DNA from: Octopus vulgaris
Taxonomy: Eukaryota
Length of the DNA stretch: 64,000 nucleotides
Reading direction: 5' to 3'
Assembly: GCA_951406725.2 (NCBI GenBank)
Contig: OX597825.1
Location: forward strand, 25,048,001-25,112,000
The notes under the pieces are model-generated. The model made no database searches, had not been told where the DNA came from, and worked only from the letters and a program-made list of their open reading frames with translations. This document shows, piece by piece, positions 25,675 to 39,009 of this stretch. Every line of letters begins with the position of its first letter. The first letter of the stretch is position 1. Position numbers and translations under genes: made by a program.

Positions 25675-28596
25675 TATCATCATCATCATCGTAACGTCCG
25701 CTTCCATGCTAGCATGGTGGATACTGTTGGAACAATATCAGACTGGCAGTGTTTTACAGCTGGATGGCCTTCCATTTATATATATATATATATATATATA
25801 TTTTTATATATTATTTATATATATTATATATATTATATATATATAATATATATATATATAATTATGTATATATATATACATAATATATATATATTATAAT
25901 TATGTTTGTATGTTTGTTTATATATGTGAGATAAGTTTCACTTTAATAGTTTCAATATTAAAGTGAAACTCTGACATTACAAAGTGAAAATATCTGACAT
26001 TACAATAGAGAGATGTTATTGTTTCGTTTTTGACACGTAATACTGACATAGTGGACGAGATATGATATTGCTCTGGGCTCCACCTACCAAATCCACTCAT
26101 AAGGTTTTGGTTAGCCCAAGGCTATAGTAGAAAACACCTGCCCAAGGTGTCACACAGTGGGACTGAACCCAGAACCATGAAAGCCTTTTACCTCACAGCC
26201 ACTCCTGTGCCTATTGTAAATAAATAAATATAAACATTTTCAATATCAACTGGTATAAAAATTCATGGTTGTCAACAAGTAGAAGTGAAGTGGAGTGGCA
26301 TGGAATTTGTAGAATTTCTCTTTGAGGATGCTTGTCAAGACTTGAAACATTTATGGATGCCTAAGAGGATCAGGTTGGGTGCATAAAATATGAGGTGAAG
26401 TGGAGAGTCCACACTAAGTAAGGGAGTAAGGGGAGGAAGGCGTTGTTCTCTCAAGAAAGCGTATAAAACAGGTGAGTAAAAATAACTGGAGGTTAGATGT
26501 GGACAGTGGAATCAAAAGAACCAGTTTAATGATATTCAAGGAGTTTTATCTTGTTCTTCCTAGATGTATGATGTAGTTTTAATTTAAGACAGAGAGAAAA
26601 ATGAAAGATGGGGTTAAAATATTAACCCTCTAGCATTTAAATCGGTTATGTCCAGCCCAAATATTCTCCCATTTTATGATCAAACTGGCCAGATCTGGTC
26701 TCTAACACCGAAACTACAATTAATTCAAAACAATGAAAACAAATAATTTTTGCGTTTGACAGAGTTATGTGAAAGCTAAAGAATTAAACTAATTTTTAGA
26801 ATCGCCCTCTCTTTTACTTGTTTCAGTCATTTGACTGCGGCCATGCTGGAGCACCGCCTTTAGTCAAGCAAATTGACCCCAGGACTTATTCTTTGTAAGC
26901 CTAGTACTTATTCTATCGGTCGCTTTTGCTGAACTGCTAAGTTACGGGGGACGTAAACACTCTAGCATTGGTTGTCAAGCAATGTTGGGGGGACAAGCAC
27001 AGACACACAAACACACACAGACAAATATATACATATAAATATATACGACAGGCTTCTCTCAGTTTCCGTCCACCAAATCCATTCACAAGGCCCTGGCCGG
27101 CCCGAGGCTACAGCAGAAGACACTTGCCCAAGGTGCCACGCAGTGGGACCGAACCCGGAACTATGTGGCTGGTAAGCAAACTACTTACCACACAGCCTCT
27201 CCTGCGCCATTTAAACATTTCTAGACCAATTGCACCCCTTCTCCTTCTCACACAAAAACACAAAACTCACACATAGAAAGAAACAGATATATACACTCAC
27301 ATAACATAATTGTCAAATACAAAACACAGGTGTTTCTCAAGAATATGTTTTCTCGTTCACTCTTCTACATAACTTTATTTACCTCATACACTGGAGACAT
27401 CACAGTTAATACTCTCTAGCAGTTCCCAACGACATTACTGCACAAATAACTTCAATGCAATAAAAACTGCATAAAAATCTGGCTCCAAATAAGCAGACTA
27501 AAAGTAGCACCTACCAAGCTGACCGTCTTCCTTCTTGGCAATAGCACCATAAACTGATATATGATACAACACCATCGCTAACAAAAACATACCACATACA
27601 ACACACAAGACAAAAATAGCAGTTATTACATACACTAGCAGTATAGCCCAGCATTGCTCGGGCTTGTTTTCTTTAGAATAGGAATTTTTGAAAAGCAAAA
27701 ATTTTGCATTATGTAGCTTGTTATTCTCTTTAAGTGAACTTTTTTCTGATTGAAATACACTGAAAAATGGCGACACAGCAGCAAAAAAAAACGTAAAAAA
27801 TAGGGATTTTCATAGAAAAAAAGCACCTTTATGATGTAAATAATGTTTGGTCTTAACATGGTCCAATTTGAATTTTTTCTTCTATGGAAGGAAGAGCAAG
27901 CCTTCTTCTATCATACTCTCAATTTTGGTCAACTTGCGCCGCAGGGTCTCGGAGGAGATAGTGTTAGTTGAAGGCTACCAAACCTTCCATACACAGACAA
28001 CTTCAGCTTTATATATAGAGAGATTATTCAAAAGAAACTTTAAAAAAACAACAAAGCAATGCATCTATGCACTTAAACCACTCACAAGCAACACATTTTC
28101 TTAACTGAAAGGAACACCAGCACATGTACAGGAAACATCAAATCCACCATGGAATAATAGTTGCCCCATTTCAGTAACAAATTACAAGCTACACGCCACT
28201 CCCACCCACCCAAGCGGTACAGTTTGCATTATCACAGAACTGCACACAGACCACCCAGGGTATAAACTAACTTCACTCCAAAATGACATTTCTGGGACAC
28301 AATCAAGGAATAAACTGCCTGCCTTTATATGTTCAACTAATGAAAAACGTCCTAGCAACATATACAACGACACTATCTTCAAAACTTCAAAACGCAGTCC
28401 AAATAATTACAGTATTAATATCAGCAGTATTAATGAACTCATTAACTTCATTAACTGTGTTGGTATGTTAATGATTAGTTCAGAAGAACAACAATTCTCA
28501 TTCTTCAAATTGTCATCGTCATGGTTGAGCATGTGTACATGTTTATGTATATATATATATATACTTTATTTTAAGCAGCAGAAAATTCAACAAAAT

Positions 28597-28634
28597 CTGT
28601 TACTCTGAGTTTCTCGTTGCCGTTCATCAGACAG
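28597..28634 (-). ncRNA. Minimal type I hammerhead ribozyme motif (inverted twin)
   Basis: Reverse complement of 28828-28865. Confidence 0.75.
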
Positions 28635-28827
28635 TTTTTGCTAGAATGGAACATATATATTAATTCAATCTATACTCTTACAAACGCTACACCTTTAAAA
28701 AGAAATGGACTTGTTTGATTGACCGTTTTTTCTAAAGGGCCAATCAAACAAGTCCATTTCTTTTTAAAGGTGTAGCGTTTGTAAGAGTATAGATTGAATT
28801 AATATATAAGTTCCATTCTAGCAAAAA

Positions 28828-28865
28828 CTGTCTGATGAACGGCAACGAGAAACTCAGAGTAACAG
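28828..28865 (+). ncRNA. Minimal type I hammerhead ribozyme motif
   Basis: CUGU-CUGAUGA-ACG GCAA CGA-GAAA-CUCAGA-GUA^ACAG. GNRA-capped stem II; near-palindromic stem III ACUC-A-GAGU. Confidence 0.75.
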
Positions 28866-28966
28866 ATTTTGTTGAATTTTCTGCTGCTTAAAATAAAGCA
28901 TATTACTCTACCACTGGTATTTGAGTACTCTTTTTCCACCTTGTTTCACATTTATGTGTTTACTCC

Positions 28967-29028
<62 letters not shown>

Positions 29029-29532
29029 TATATATACATGTGTATACACACACACACATACACACACACACACACAAAATTAATAAAAACAGCTAAGTTG
29101 ATGTATATATACCGTATGTATTCATGTAAAAAGTTGAATCTTTTAGGCCATTTTTGAAGGTCAAATTCATGGGGGTCAACTATAACATGGATACTACTTT
29201 TGAGGGGCTGAAATTCAAGCTAGAAGCAGAGTTTCTACAGCTGGATGCCCTTCCTAATGCCAACCACTCCGAGAGTGTAGTGGGTGCTTTTATGTGCCAC
29301 CCGCACGAGGGCCAGTCAGGCGGTACTGGCAAGGGCCACACTTAAATGGTGCTTTTTATGTGCCACCTGTACAGGAGCCAGTCAAGCGGCACTGGCAACG
29401 ACCTCGCTCGAATGTTTTTTCACATGCCACCAGCACAAGTGCTTGTAAGGTGACACAGGTAACGATCACGCTCGAATGGTGTTTTTAATGTGCCATTGGC
29501 ACGGAGGCCAGCTTGTTGCTCAGGCAACAATC

Positions 29533-29579
<47 letters not shown>

Positions 29580-29787
29580 CTCTTTACTCTTTTACTTGTT
29601 TCAGTCATTTGACTGCGGCCATGCTGGAGCACCGCCTTTAGTCGAGCAAATCGACCCCGGGACTTATTCTTTGTAAGCCCAGTACTTATTCTATCGGTCT
29701 CTTTTGCCAAACCGCTAAGTAACGGGGACATAAACACACCAGCATCGGTTGTCAGGCAATGCTAGGGGGACAAACACAGACACACAA

Positions 29788-29880
<93 letters not shown>

Positions 29881-30043
29881 CACGACAGGCTTCTTTCAGT
29901 TTCCGTCTACCAAATCCACTCACAAGGCATTGGTTGGCCCGGGGCTATAGCAGAAGACACTTGCCCAAGATGCCACGCAGTGGGACTGAACCCGGAACCA
30001 TGTGGTTGGTTAGCAAGCTACTTACCACACAGCCACTCCTGTG

Positions 30044-30094
<51 letters not shown>

Positions 30095-30097
30095 AAT

Positions 30098-33000
30098 GTA
30101 AGATCCAAGGATCACGTAGTAGGAAGAAAGTTAGCTTTGAGCAATCCATAGTGAATATAAAAAAACAACTTTTAGGAACAATAGTGGTTTATTGAGATGG
30201 AAGGTTACATATTTTTTCTTTTATTGAAAAAAAGTTCTTTTTATATTCCTCAGTAGGCAACCAGGATTGCTGAGTGTGCAAAAATGAATACATGAGTTAC
30301 AGAATAGAGCGCAGGAAATCTGAGCTACATGTGTTTCATAGCGAGTGGAACCCCAGAAATGGTAAAATCCAAGTGAGGTGTGTACTGCTGGCTATTTTTC
30401 AGGCCAAGGATATCTTGATTAGATTAAAGGCTACCTTGTCACAAGGAGGTACATGTTGACACAAAGATTCAATCAGAATGTGTGGAGGGCACAGTATGTG
30501 AAGGGTATATAAATAAGGGGAGAAATAAGTAATAGAAGAAGGGAAGAAGAGAAAGAAGAATAAATAAAATAAAATATTGGGGAGTAAGGAAAAAGAGGAA
30601 TTGAATGGGTCGGTGGTAGATAATATAGTAGTTTTAGCTTAATCACAGAATTCAGTAATGGAATTGGCATTTGAACAGAAGAGAAATTAAAGGGAAGAGG
30701 GAGAAATAATTTTGGTCCTGGAGAACAAAAAAAAAAGTATGTATGAATAAAGCAAGGTAGGGTGGGGAGTTTAAGCTCCTAATTTATGTTCAAAAAGCAT
30801 AAATTGGTACAAGAAAAGAAAAACACAGGAGCTAGTTTAGCGGCACTGGAAATGACCTTGCTCAAATGTTATCTTTCATGTGCCACCGGCACAAGTACTA
30901 GTTAGGCGACGCAGGTAACGATCGCACTCGAATGGTGTGCTTTACGTGATACAATTCCCTGCTACCACCTATATATATATATATACGCATTTTTTTCTCT
31001 CCTTGTTTTTTCTGTGTATCTTTCTGTCGAAGAGCGTAGGCTCGAAACGTAAAAGACTTTTTCTATTTCTATTCCTGAGTGCTATACTAATACATTTGTT
31101 TGTTTGTACTCCACCTGCCTTCGTCTTTTGTTTATTTTCGTAAACTTTCCTTTTATATATATATATATCATCATCTTTTAATGTCCACTTTCCATGTTGG
31201 CATGGGTTGGACGACTTGAGTGAGGACTGGTGAGCCAAAGGCTGCACCAGTCTCAATCTGGTCTGGCAAAGTTTCTACAGTTGGATGCCCTTCCTAACAC
31301 CAACCGCTCCAAGAGTGTAGTTGGTGCTTTTTACATGCCACCGCACAAGGGCGAGTCAGGCAGTTCTGGCAATGGCCACGCTCACGCTCAAAAGGTGTTT
31401 TTACATGCTACCTGCACAGGAGCTAGTCCAGTGGCACTGGCAATGACCACGCTCAAATGTTGCTTTTCACACGCCACCAGCACATGTGCAGGTAAGGCGA
31501 TGCTGGCAACGATCATGCTCGAATGGAGCTTTTCATGTGTCACAGACACGGGAGCCAGTCCATGGCCCTGGCAACGATCATGCTTGGATGTGCTTTTAAT
31601 GTTCCAATGGCACGAGTGCCAAGCAGGTGGTACTGTCATTGGCCACATCAGCAATTTTGATTTTGATTTTACTTGCCTCAATAGGTCGTCACAAGCAAGG
31701 TTTATTGTCCAATGAATGAGGGGTGCTCGTAAGTGGGCTGGTTACACCCACTAGCATAGGCCATGGGCTATGGCCTCACTTGGCTTGTCGGGTCTTCTCA
31801 AGCACAGCATATAAGATCCAGGGATCAAGGTTTAGGAAAAAAGTTAACTGCAACTAATTTGTAGTAAATATAAAAAGCCCTTTCAGGGACAATAGTGGTT
31901 TACTGAGACGGATACTCTTTACTCTCTCTTTTACTCGTTTCAGTCATTTGACTGCGGCCATGCTGGAGCACCGCCTTTAATCGAGCAACTCGACCCCGGG
32001 ACTTACTCTTTTTGTAAGCCCAGTACTTATTCTATCCGTCTCTTTTGCCAAACCGCTAAGTAATGGGGACATAAACACACCAGCATCGGTTGTCAAGCAA
32101 TGCTAGGGGGACAAACACAGACACACAAACATGCACAACGACGATGATGATGATGATGATGATGATGATATACGACGGGCTTCTTTCAGTTTCCATCTAC
32201 CAAATCCACTCACAAGGCATTGGTCGGCCCGGGGCTATAGCAGAAGACACTTGCCCAAGATGCCACGCAGTGGGACTGAACCCGGAACCATGTGGCTGGT
32301 TAGCAAGCTACTTACCACACAGCCACTCCTGCGCCTGGATGGTTGTAGATTTTTCGTATCAAAGTACAATAAGCTGAAAAAAGTTTTTTTTCATATTTCA
32401 CAGTAGGCAACCAGGGTTGCTGGGTGTGCGAAAAAGAATGCAAGTGCTACAGAATTGAGTAGATAAGATCTGGGCTACATATGATTCATAGCAAGCGGAA
32501 CTCGTGAGCGCTCGCCTCTGTTTTCGGCCCGCTACATATGATTCATAGCAAGTGGTAAATATCCAAGTGAGCTGTATACTGCAGGCTAATCTTCGGGCCA
32601 AGAATATCGTGATTAGATTAAAGGCTACATTGTAGCTAGGAGATACATGTTGACACAAAAATTCAACCAGAATGCATGGAGGGCACAATATGTAAAGAGT
32701 ATATAAATGAGGGGAGAGATAGGGACACCATATTTACAGTATTTATTTAACGTGTATTTGGACATTTAAAACCCTCCCTGTACTGTTAACAACCCATCCA
32801 TTACAGTAGTCTATTAACAACAAGGACAACTATTAAGCAATAACACTTAAGATTTAAAACAGGCCAGATTACAAAATAGAATGTTGTGATTCGTCGTCTA
32901 TCTCTCCATTGCACCAATCACAGCCCGTCTTAAGTTCAAATACCCTTGTATATGCTTTTTTGCTATTTTACGCTTGTTTTGTTGTTCCTAGACTAGGAAA

Positions 33001-33790
33001 TAATATTTGCTATTATTTTAATGGATTTAATGAAAAATTTTAGATGTTCATATATATCATCATCGTTTAACGTCCGGTTTCCATGCTAGCATGGGTTGGA
33101 TGGTTCAACTGGGGTCTGGGAAGCCAGAAGGCTGCACCAGGCCCAGTCTGATCTGGCAGTGTTTCTACGGCTGGATGCCCTTCCTAATGCCAACCACTCC
33201 GAGAGTGTAGTGGATGCTTTTTACGTGCCACCTACACAGGTGCCAGACGAGGTTGGCAAATGGCCACGATCGGATGGTGCTTTTTACGTGCCACCGGTAC
33301 AAAAATCTGCGAAGTCGTGAATCTGCAATAGTTGAATCGCAAAGTAGCGAGGGATCACTGTACTCCATTTCCGTGTCTTCCACACAGCTTGCCAGCAGAA
33401 TAGGAACAAGTAATATATAAATGTAAGATCCAGAGATCGAAGTATAGGAAGAAAGTTAGCTTCAAGAAATCTGTAATAAATAAAAAAAAAAAAACAACCT
33501 TCAGGATCAATAGTGGTTTATTGAGATGGATGGTTGTGGATTTTTATTGTATCGAAGTATGATAAACTGAAAAAAGTTCTTTTTATATTTCATGGTAGGC
33601 GACCAGGGTTGCCGGGTGTGTGATTAAGAAAAGAGTTAAGAAATGGAGTAGATAAGATCCGGGCTACATATGTTTCACAGTTAGCAGAACCTCAGAAGTA
33701 GTAAATATATCCTCTTCAGGCAAAAGTTATCTTGATTAAATGAAACTTTACATTAAATGCGAGTGAATCAGAAAGGAATGCAATTTTTAT
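30098..33790. repeat. Cluster of three diverged copies of an unclassified repeat (~30098-30830, 31810-32730, 33420-33760)
   Basis: Shared taagatccagggatc...gacaatagtggtttattgagatgga...gtaggcaaccagggttgctgggtgtg blocks; the middle copy is split by a SINE. Confidence 0.6.
31019..31056 (+). ncRNA. Minimal hammerhead-like motif with non-canonical core (CUGUCGAA)
   Basis: UCUUU-CUGUCGA-A-GAGC GUAG GCUC-GAAA-C-GUA^AAAGA, inside repeat ~30986-31150 flanked by (TA)n. Confidence 0.5.
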
Positions 33791-34012
33791 TTGCATTGCA
33801 ATCTGATTTACTCTTGTATGCGTGTATGTAAAAAGATTATATACAATGTACAGAATATGGAACTTGTGGTAAATGACACTCACTCCCCAAAACAGTATCA
33901 TCCAGCTCCGACCTTAACATGCAAACAACACTGCAGCTGGGAAGCATAAATCATGGGACTATCTTCAAAATCTTGTCGTCAACTGGAAATATCTACTAAG
34001 TTTTGCCTTAAA

Positions 34013-34240
34013 TTAACCCTTTAATTACTGTATTTATTTTGAGGTGCTCTGTGTTTCTTTCAATTACTTTAAATATAACAAACAATTTACTAAAATAACT
34101 TTGTTATCATTCAGCTGGTGTTAGGAACATAAATTGTGACTAAGGATTTGGTGGAAGATTTTAATTCAAAACTTATGAAAACAAGACTTTTGTACTCAGA
34201 GCCAGAGCCAGTTTCAGCCGGGTTGGTAACAAAAGGGTAA
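34013..34240. mobile_element. piggyBac-type MITE
   Basis: TTAACCCTTT...AAAGGGTAA; reverse complement of the 46-kb copies. Confidence 0.8.
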
Positions 34241-35715
34241 GGAAAGGACACATTTGATACTGTAGCCTTACACATATCACCAAGACAATGAACGGATGAT
34301 CACAGCTAGAAGGCCTGGAACACCTTTACACACAGCTCCATTCATTCATAGTTCAGCTGGAGCTAATTGGTAACAAAATATGCTAGCACAGCAACTTAAT
34401 GACCAAACTACAATCTGTACTTTTTTTTTTGTAATTATTTTTGTTATTATTGTTACTAGCATCATGCACACAGCTAATTGTATGATGGACCCAAATAGAA
34501 CTCCTACAATTACTCCAGCATTTGGAGACAATTAGCAGCTTTATCCCTTGTCCCACCCCCATCCCTACCCACTCTCATCCCATCTCACCTACACCTAACT
34601 AAAAATATGCTGTCACACACATTGACCTCAATCAATGGCATAGTGCTAATAACAGTGCTCCAGCTTGACTTTAACTATAATAGATAATGAGTCAGTGAAG
34701 GGGCTGCCTCAACACTGTCACTCAAGTTGCTAGAAATAGTGGCCAGTCCTTTCATAAAGCATTACTCATCATCATCATTATCATCGTTTAGCGTCCGCTT
34801 TCCATGCTGGCATGGGTTGGATGGTGCAACTGGGGTCTGGGAAGCCAGGAGGCTGCACCAGACCCAGTCTGATCTGGCAATGTTTCTACGGCTGGATGCC
34901 CTTCCTAACGCCAACCACTCCATGAGTGTAGTGGGTGCTTTTTACGTGCCACCAGCACAGGTGCCAGACGAGGCTGGCAAACGGCCACGATCGGATGGTG
35001 CTTTTTACGTGCCACCGGCATGGAAGCCAGTCGGGGCGGCGCTGGCAACGGCCACGTTCAGATGGTTCTCTTATGTGCCACCGGCACTGGTATCACAGCT
35101 ACAATTTCCATTGATGTTGATCGATTTTGATTTTGATTTTCACTTGCCTCAACAGGTCTTCACAAGTAGAGTTTTGTGTCCCAAGAAGGAAAGGTATGCA
35201 TAAGTGGAAAAGAAGGATAGATGGAATAATGTAGTTCAGGGTTAGCTGTTCCTGAAAAAATTGAAAATTATTCTATGTATGCACCATATTTCCTGTTATT
35301 ACCAATACTAGCAAAAGTATGCCTTCAAAGGTATCTCTCATGATCGGTAACAGTCTTGTATTTGTATGTGTGTGCTATCTACGTGTGTGTGTGTGTGTGT
35401 GTCTGTGCACGTGTCATATATATGTATGTATATATTTGTGTCATGTGTGTGTATATATATATATATCATCATCATCATCATCATCATCGTTTAACGTCCG
35501 TTTTCCGCGCTAGCACGGGTTGGACGGTTTCGACCGGGGTCTGGGGAGCTCGGGACTGCCCCAGGCTCCAGTCTAGTCTGGCAGTGTTTCTACAGCTGGA
35601 TGCCCTTCCTAACGCCAACCACTCCGCGAGTGTAGTGGGTGTTTTTTACGTGCCACCTGCACAGGTGCCAGAGGGGTCTGGCATCGGCCACGTTCGGATG
35701 GTGCTTTTTATGTGG

Positions 35716-35769
<54 letters not shown>

Positions 35770-35819
35770 TCAAATAAAAAGTTTAAGAATTAATGTTTAG
35801 AAAATAAATGTTAAACACA

Positions 35820-35911
35820 GCATCGGAACATTATTTCAGAGTAAATCCCAGGTCATGCGTCTGCAGAGCATATTCATCACTTATGGCTACTGGGGGCATC
35901 ATCAGCGATAC
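35820..35911 (-). ncRNA. Possible degenerate hammerhead motif
   Basis: GUAUCG-CUGAUGA-[long insert with CCCAG/CUGGG]-GAAA-UAAUG-UUC^CGAUGC. Stem I 6 bp but stem III is mismatched; lies near a (TA)n tract. Confidence 0.35.
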
Positions 35912-36877
35912 TTAGCAGACATTGATGTAATAATTCCAGGACATCCAAGATGGACGTAAGGTATATATTAAAGATAAACAGAGACCTAACAATTGCCAAT
36001 ATTTTGTGCGAGTGACATATGCATAAACATATGCATTGATACATGCATTTTCTGCGATTGACATATGCACACGATGCATAAATGTAAATATATATTGTCT
36101 TTATGCAACTTTAAACATTCATAACCTTGAATGTATACAAGAGAAACACACTATAAACCACATCTAGAAGCTTTATTTATAAATACTTTTAAACATTGGC
36201 GTTCTTAAAATACTGGAAATTGATTATAGTTTATTTTCAGGTACTTGGATTGCAAATGGCAATAGTGGAAGATGTAAAGTCTAAAATGTATGCCATAGAT
36301 TAAGAAAGTGAAGTCTGTAACAGCTGTGAAAAGATTCTCTGCTTAGTGGAAGAAAGAGGCATCAAATAGGGATTCAATAAGAAATTGGATGGAATGTTTG
36401 AAGAACTAAATTCTGTGAATGACAACTCCAAAACTGGGAGGCCACTGCCCAGTATATATCTGTGATCATAGTCCAGAAAGCATTTGATGAGAGTCTAAGA
36501 ATATTGCTGTGATGTGTATCAGATGGACTAAAGTTTAGTTGATGGCAGAATGTTTAGTCACTAAACATTCTGCCATCAACTGTGCACAAAATTCTGGAAG
36601 TGAAACTGAATGTGCATATATGATTCAAGTGGTTGAAATGTTACTGAAAGAAGACAACCATGGAAGATACAATTCTCTCCTCTATTCCACCCCTTTCTAT
36701 CTATAATGAGTGGGCCTTTGGATGTTTGAGAAGTAGGGCAAATGATGGTTCAGGTAAGCAGTAGTAGTTAATAGCTGCTTGTGCAACTGTTATGCCTGCT
36801 GGCAAGCATCTATGCAAACCCTCCTTTCCAAATGCTGAATGCTGTTGCCCATCTCCTTGTTCATTCTTGTAACCCAT

Positions 36878-37165
36878 CCACATCCGCAGAGTTGGCACAG
36901 TCAGTGTACCTACATTGAAAGATAGATCTCATGAGAGTGTTGAGATGATAGAACAGAGGCATGTAAATGTGTGTTGAGTTCAGGAAGTAAGGTGGAGGGG
37001 AGTATCAGCCAGGTTCCTCACAGGCAAAGACATAGGTATAAAATCTTCTGGGAAGGCTATAGTATTGGGGTAGGGGGTGTGGGCATAATTTTAGCTGAGA
37101 AATGGGTGGATAAGATGATTGAGGTATTTAGAGCATTCAATAGGATACTTATTCTTAGAAGTTGA
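36878..37165 (+). mobile_element. Degenerate RTE AP-endonuclease fragment
   Basis: Frameshifted RVGTV...VQEVRWRG...YKIFW...GVGIILAEKWVDK. A similar shorter piece lies at ~49714-49832. Confidence 0.7.
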
Positions 37166-39009
37166 TATGTTTTTCTCTGAAACCTAGTGGTTAGGGTAAT
37201 AAACCTCATGACCTTGAACAACACACTTCATTTCACATAGCTTCGTATAGCTTCAACAAAAAATGAATAACAATTTTGTGGTGGCACAGCTCTCCTCCCT
37301 CTCTCTCACTCTCTCTTTATCTGTCTCTCCTCCCTCTCTCTCCAGTTAGTCACATTCTGTTTATGTTCCACTGGTTCATAGGTGATAGAACAGTAAACTG
37401 CATCCAGGTCTGCCCACGACTGCACAGACACCTAAAACAATTTAGCGAAAGCATGGAAACATACTGCTTTGGTTATTTTCTCACATAACACCTTTTCACA
37501 TCAATGTTAAATTGAAATGTCACAACTGTTTGGTGTGGGGTGGGGTGGGGTTTGGTGGGGGAGAGAGAAATAAATCTCAAGAAGTCTGGCACCATATTAC
37601 ACACAATTAAGGCTGCAGAAAAACTTTATAACTTTCCCATAGCTACTTCTTTAGTCTGTCCAGGTTTTTGTCAGTCACTGCAATCCCCACTCCCTACCTG
37701 TACCTTCTTGGCAACACCTGATTGCATATATTACGACCTCTGCACCTCTCTCTTCCTTACTCTACCAATCACATCTATGCTCTGATCTTTCTTACCTGTG
37801 CGTATACCCTGGCACTTCACCATCTCTCTCCTGCTTTCTCTTACACTTTTGCTGTTCCCTCCTCTCTCTTTCCCTCACACTTCTCTCTGGCTGGGTAACC
37901 ATAAATCTCCTCTACAGCAGCACACCTATCTCTGCCTTCATTATCTCTCTCTCTCTCTCTTCTCTTGTTTTTCCTCAGACTAGATAACCAAATATCTCCT
38001 TTACATCAGGACACCTGTTTCTGTCCTCTTTCTTGTACCCCTCCATCTCTCTCCTTTCCTCTTCTCTCTCTCTATCTTTCTTCTCTTTCTCTCCCTCTCA
38101 CTAGGTAACCATGTACCTCCTCTATACCTGTTTCTGCCTCTATTTCTCTGTCATGCTCTCACTTTTCATCATCTGATATTGGACCACCTCCTCCAATGCT
38201 CCCACCATTATAGCAAGACACCTGTTTCTACTTTTCTGCCTCTGTCACACTCTAACCTTTCATCCTCTGACACAAGTTCCCCTTCTCAAATTCCCCTGCC
38301 CCCTCTCATAATTCCTTGTTTTGCGAGTTACTTGGTTACCCTGCCAGTGCTGATGCCACGTAAAAAGCATCCAGTCCACACTGCAAAGTGGTTGGCATTT
38401 GGAAGGTTATCCAGCTGTAGAAATCATCCCAAAATTAACCTCGCCTGTGCTAGTGCTACATAAAAAGCACTGAGTCCACTCTTCAGAGTGGTTGGTGTTA
38501 GGAAGGGTATCCAGCTGTAAAAACCCTGCCTAAACAGACACAGTAGCCTAAGGTAGTTTTTCTACCTGGCTAGCTCCTGTCAACCATCCTACCTATGCAT
38601 GCATGGAAGATGGATATTAAACGATGATGATGATGATGAGTTATGTCTATTTATCACCCGATGAGATACATCTGCAGTGCTGGATGCTCCTGAACCATTT
38701 GTCAAGTGTCCCTCCCCGCCGTGAGGGAACAATGCTAGATGTGTCAAAACAATTGTCATGATTTATGATAAATTTTCGTATATTCCATCTTCCATATTTC
38801 ATTCACCATATATACATACACACAGATAGATATACAGGTGGGTGGGTGTTTGAATAATTATGTGTGTGTACAAGTGAGCATACACATGGATTGTTTATGC
38901 ATGCAATATACATATACATCTGTGTGCGTGGGGAGGAATATAGATACGCACACACAAACATATGTACAGGTATGATGCCCTACAGTTACACTTATGTATG
39001 TGTCTAAGA

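Larger units (their letters stand above)
28564..28968. mobile_element. Fold-back Penelope-pLTR-like element with 3' extension
   Basis: 158-bp inverted arms 28564-28721 and 28741-28898 (one mismatch seen), 19-nt spacer, AATAAA at 28892-28897, ~70-bp extension, (TA)n on both sides. Confidence 0.82.

Noticed and set aside
27498-27776. 92-aa ORF with a hydrophobic segment
   Set aside because: Half of it derives from a Helitron-like repeat; no recognisable family.
34346-34531. 61-aa hydrophobic ORF, considered as a homologue of the SLC35A4 uORF microprotein
   Set aside because: Non-ATG start, located in an intron downstream of the likely start codon, and no similarity to the recalled microprotein.
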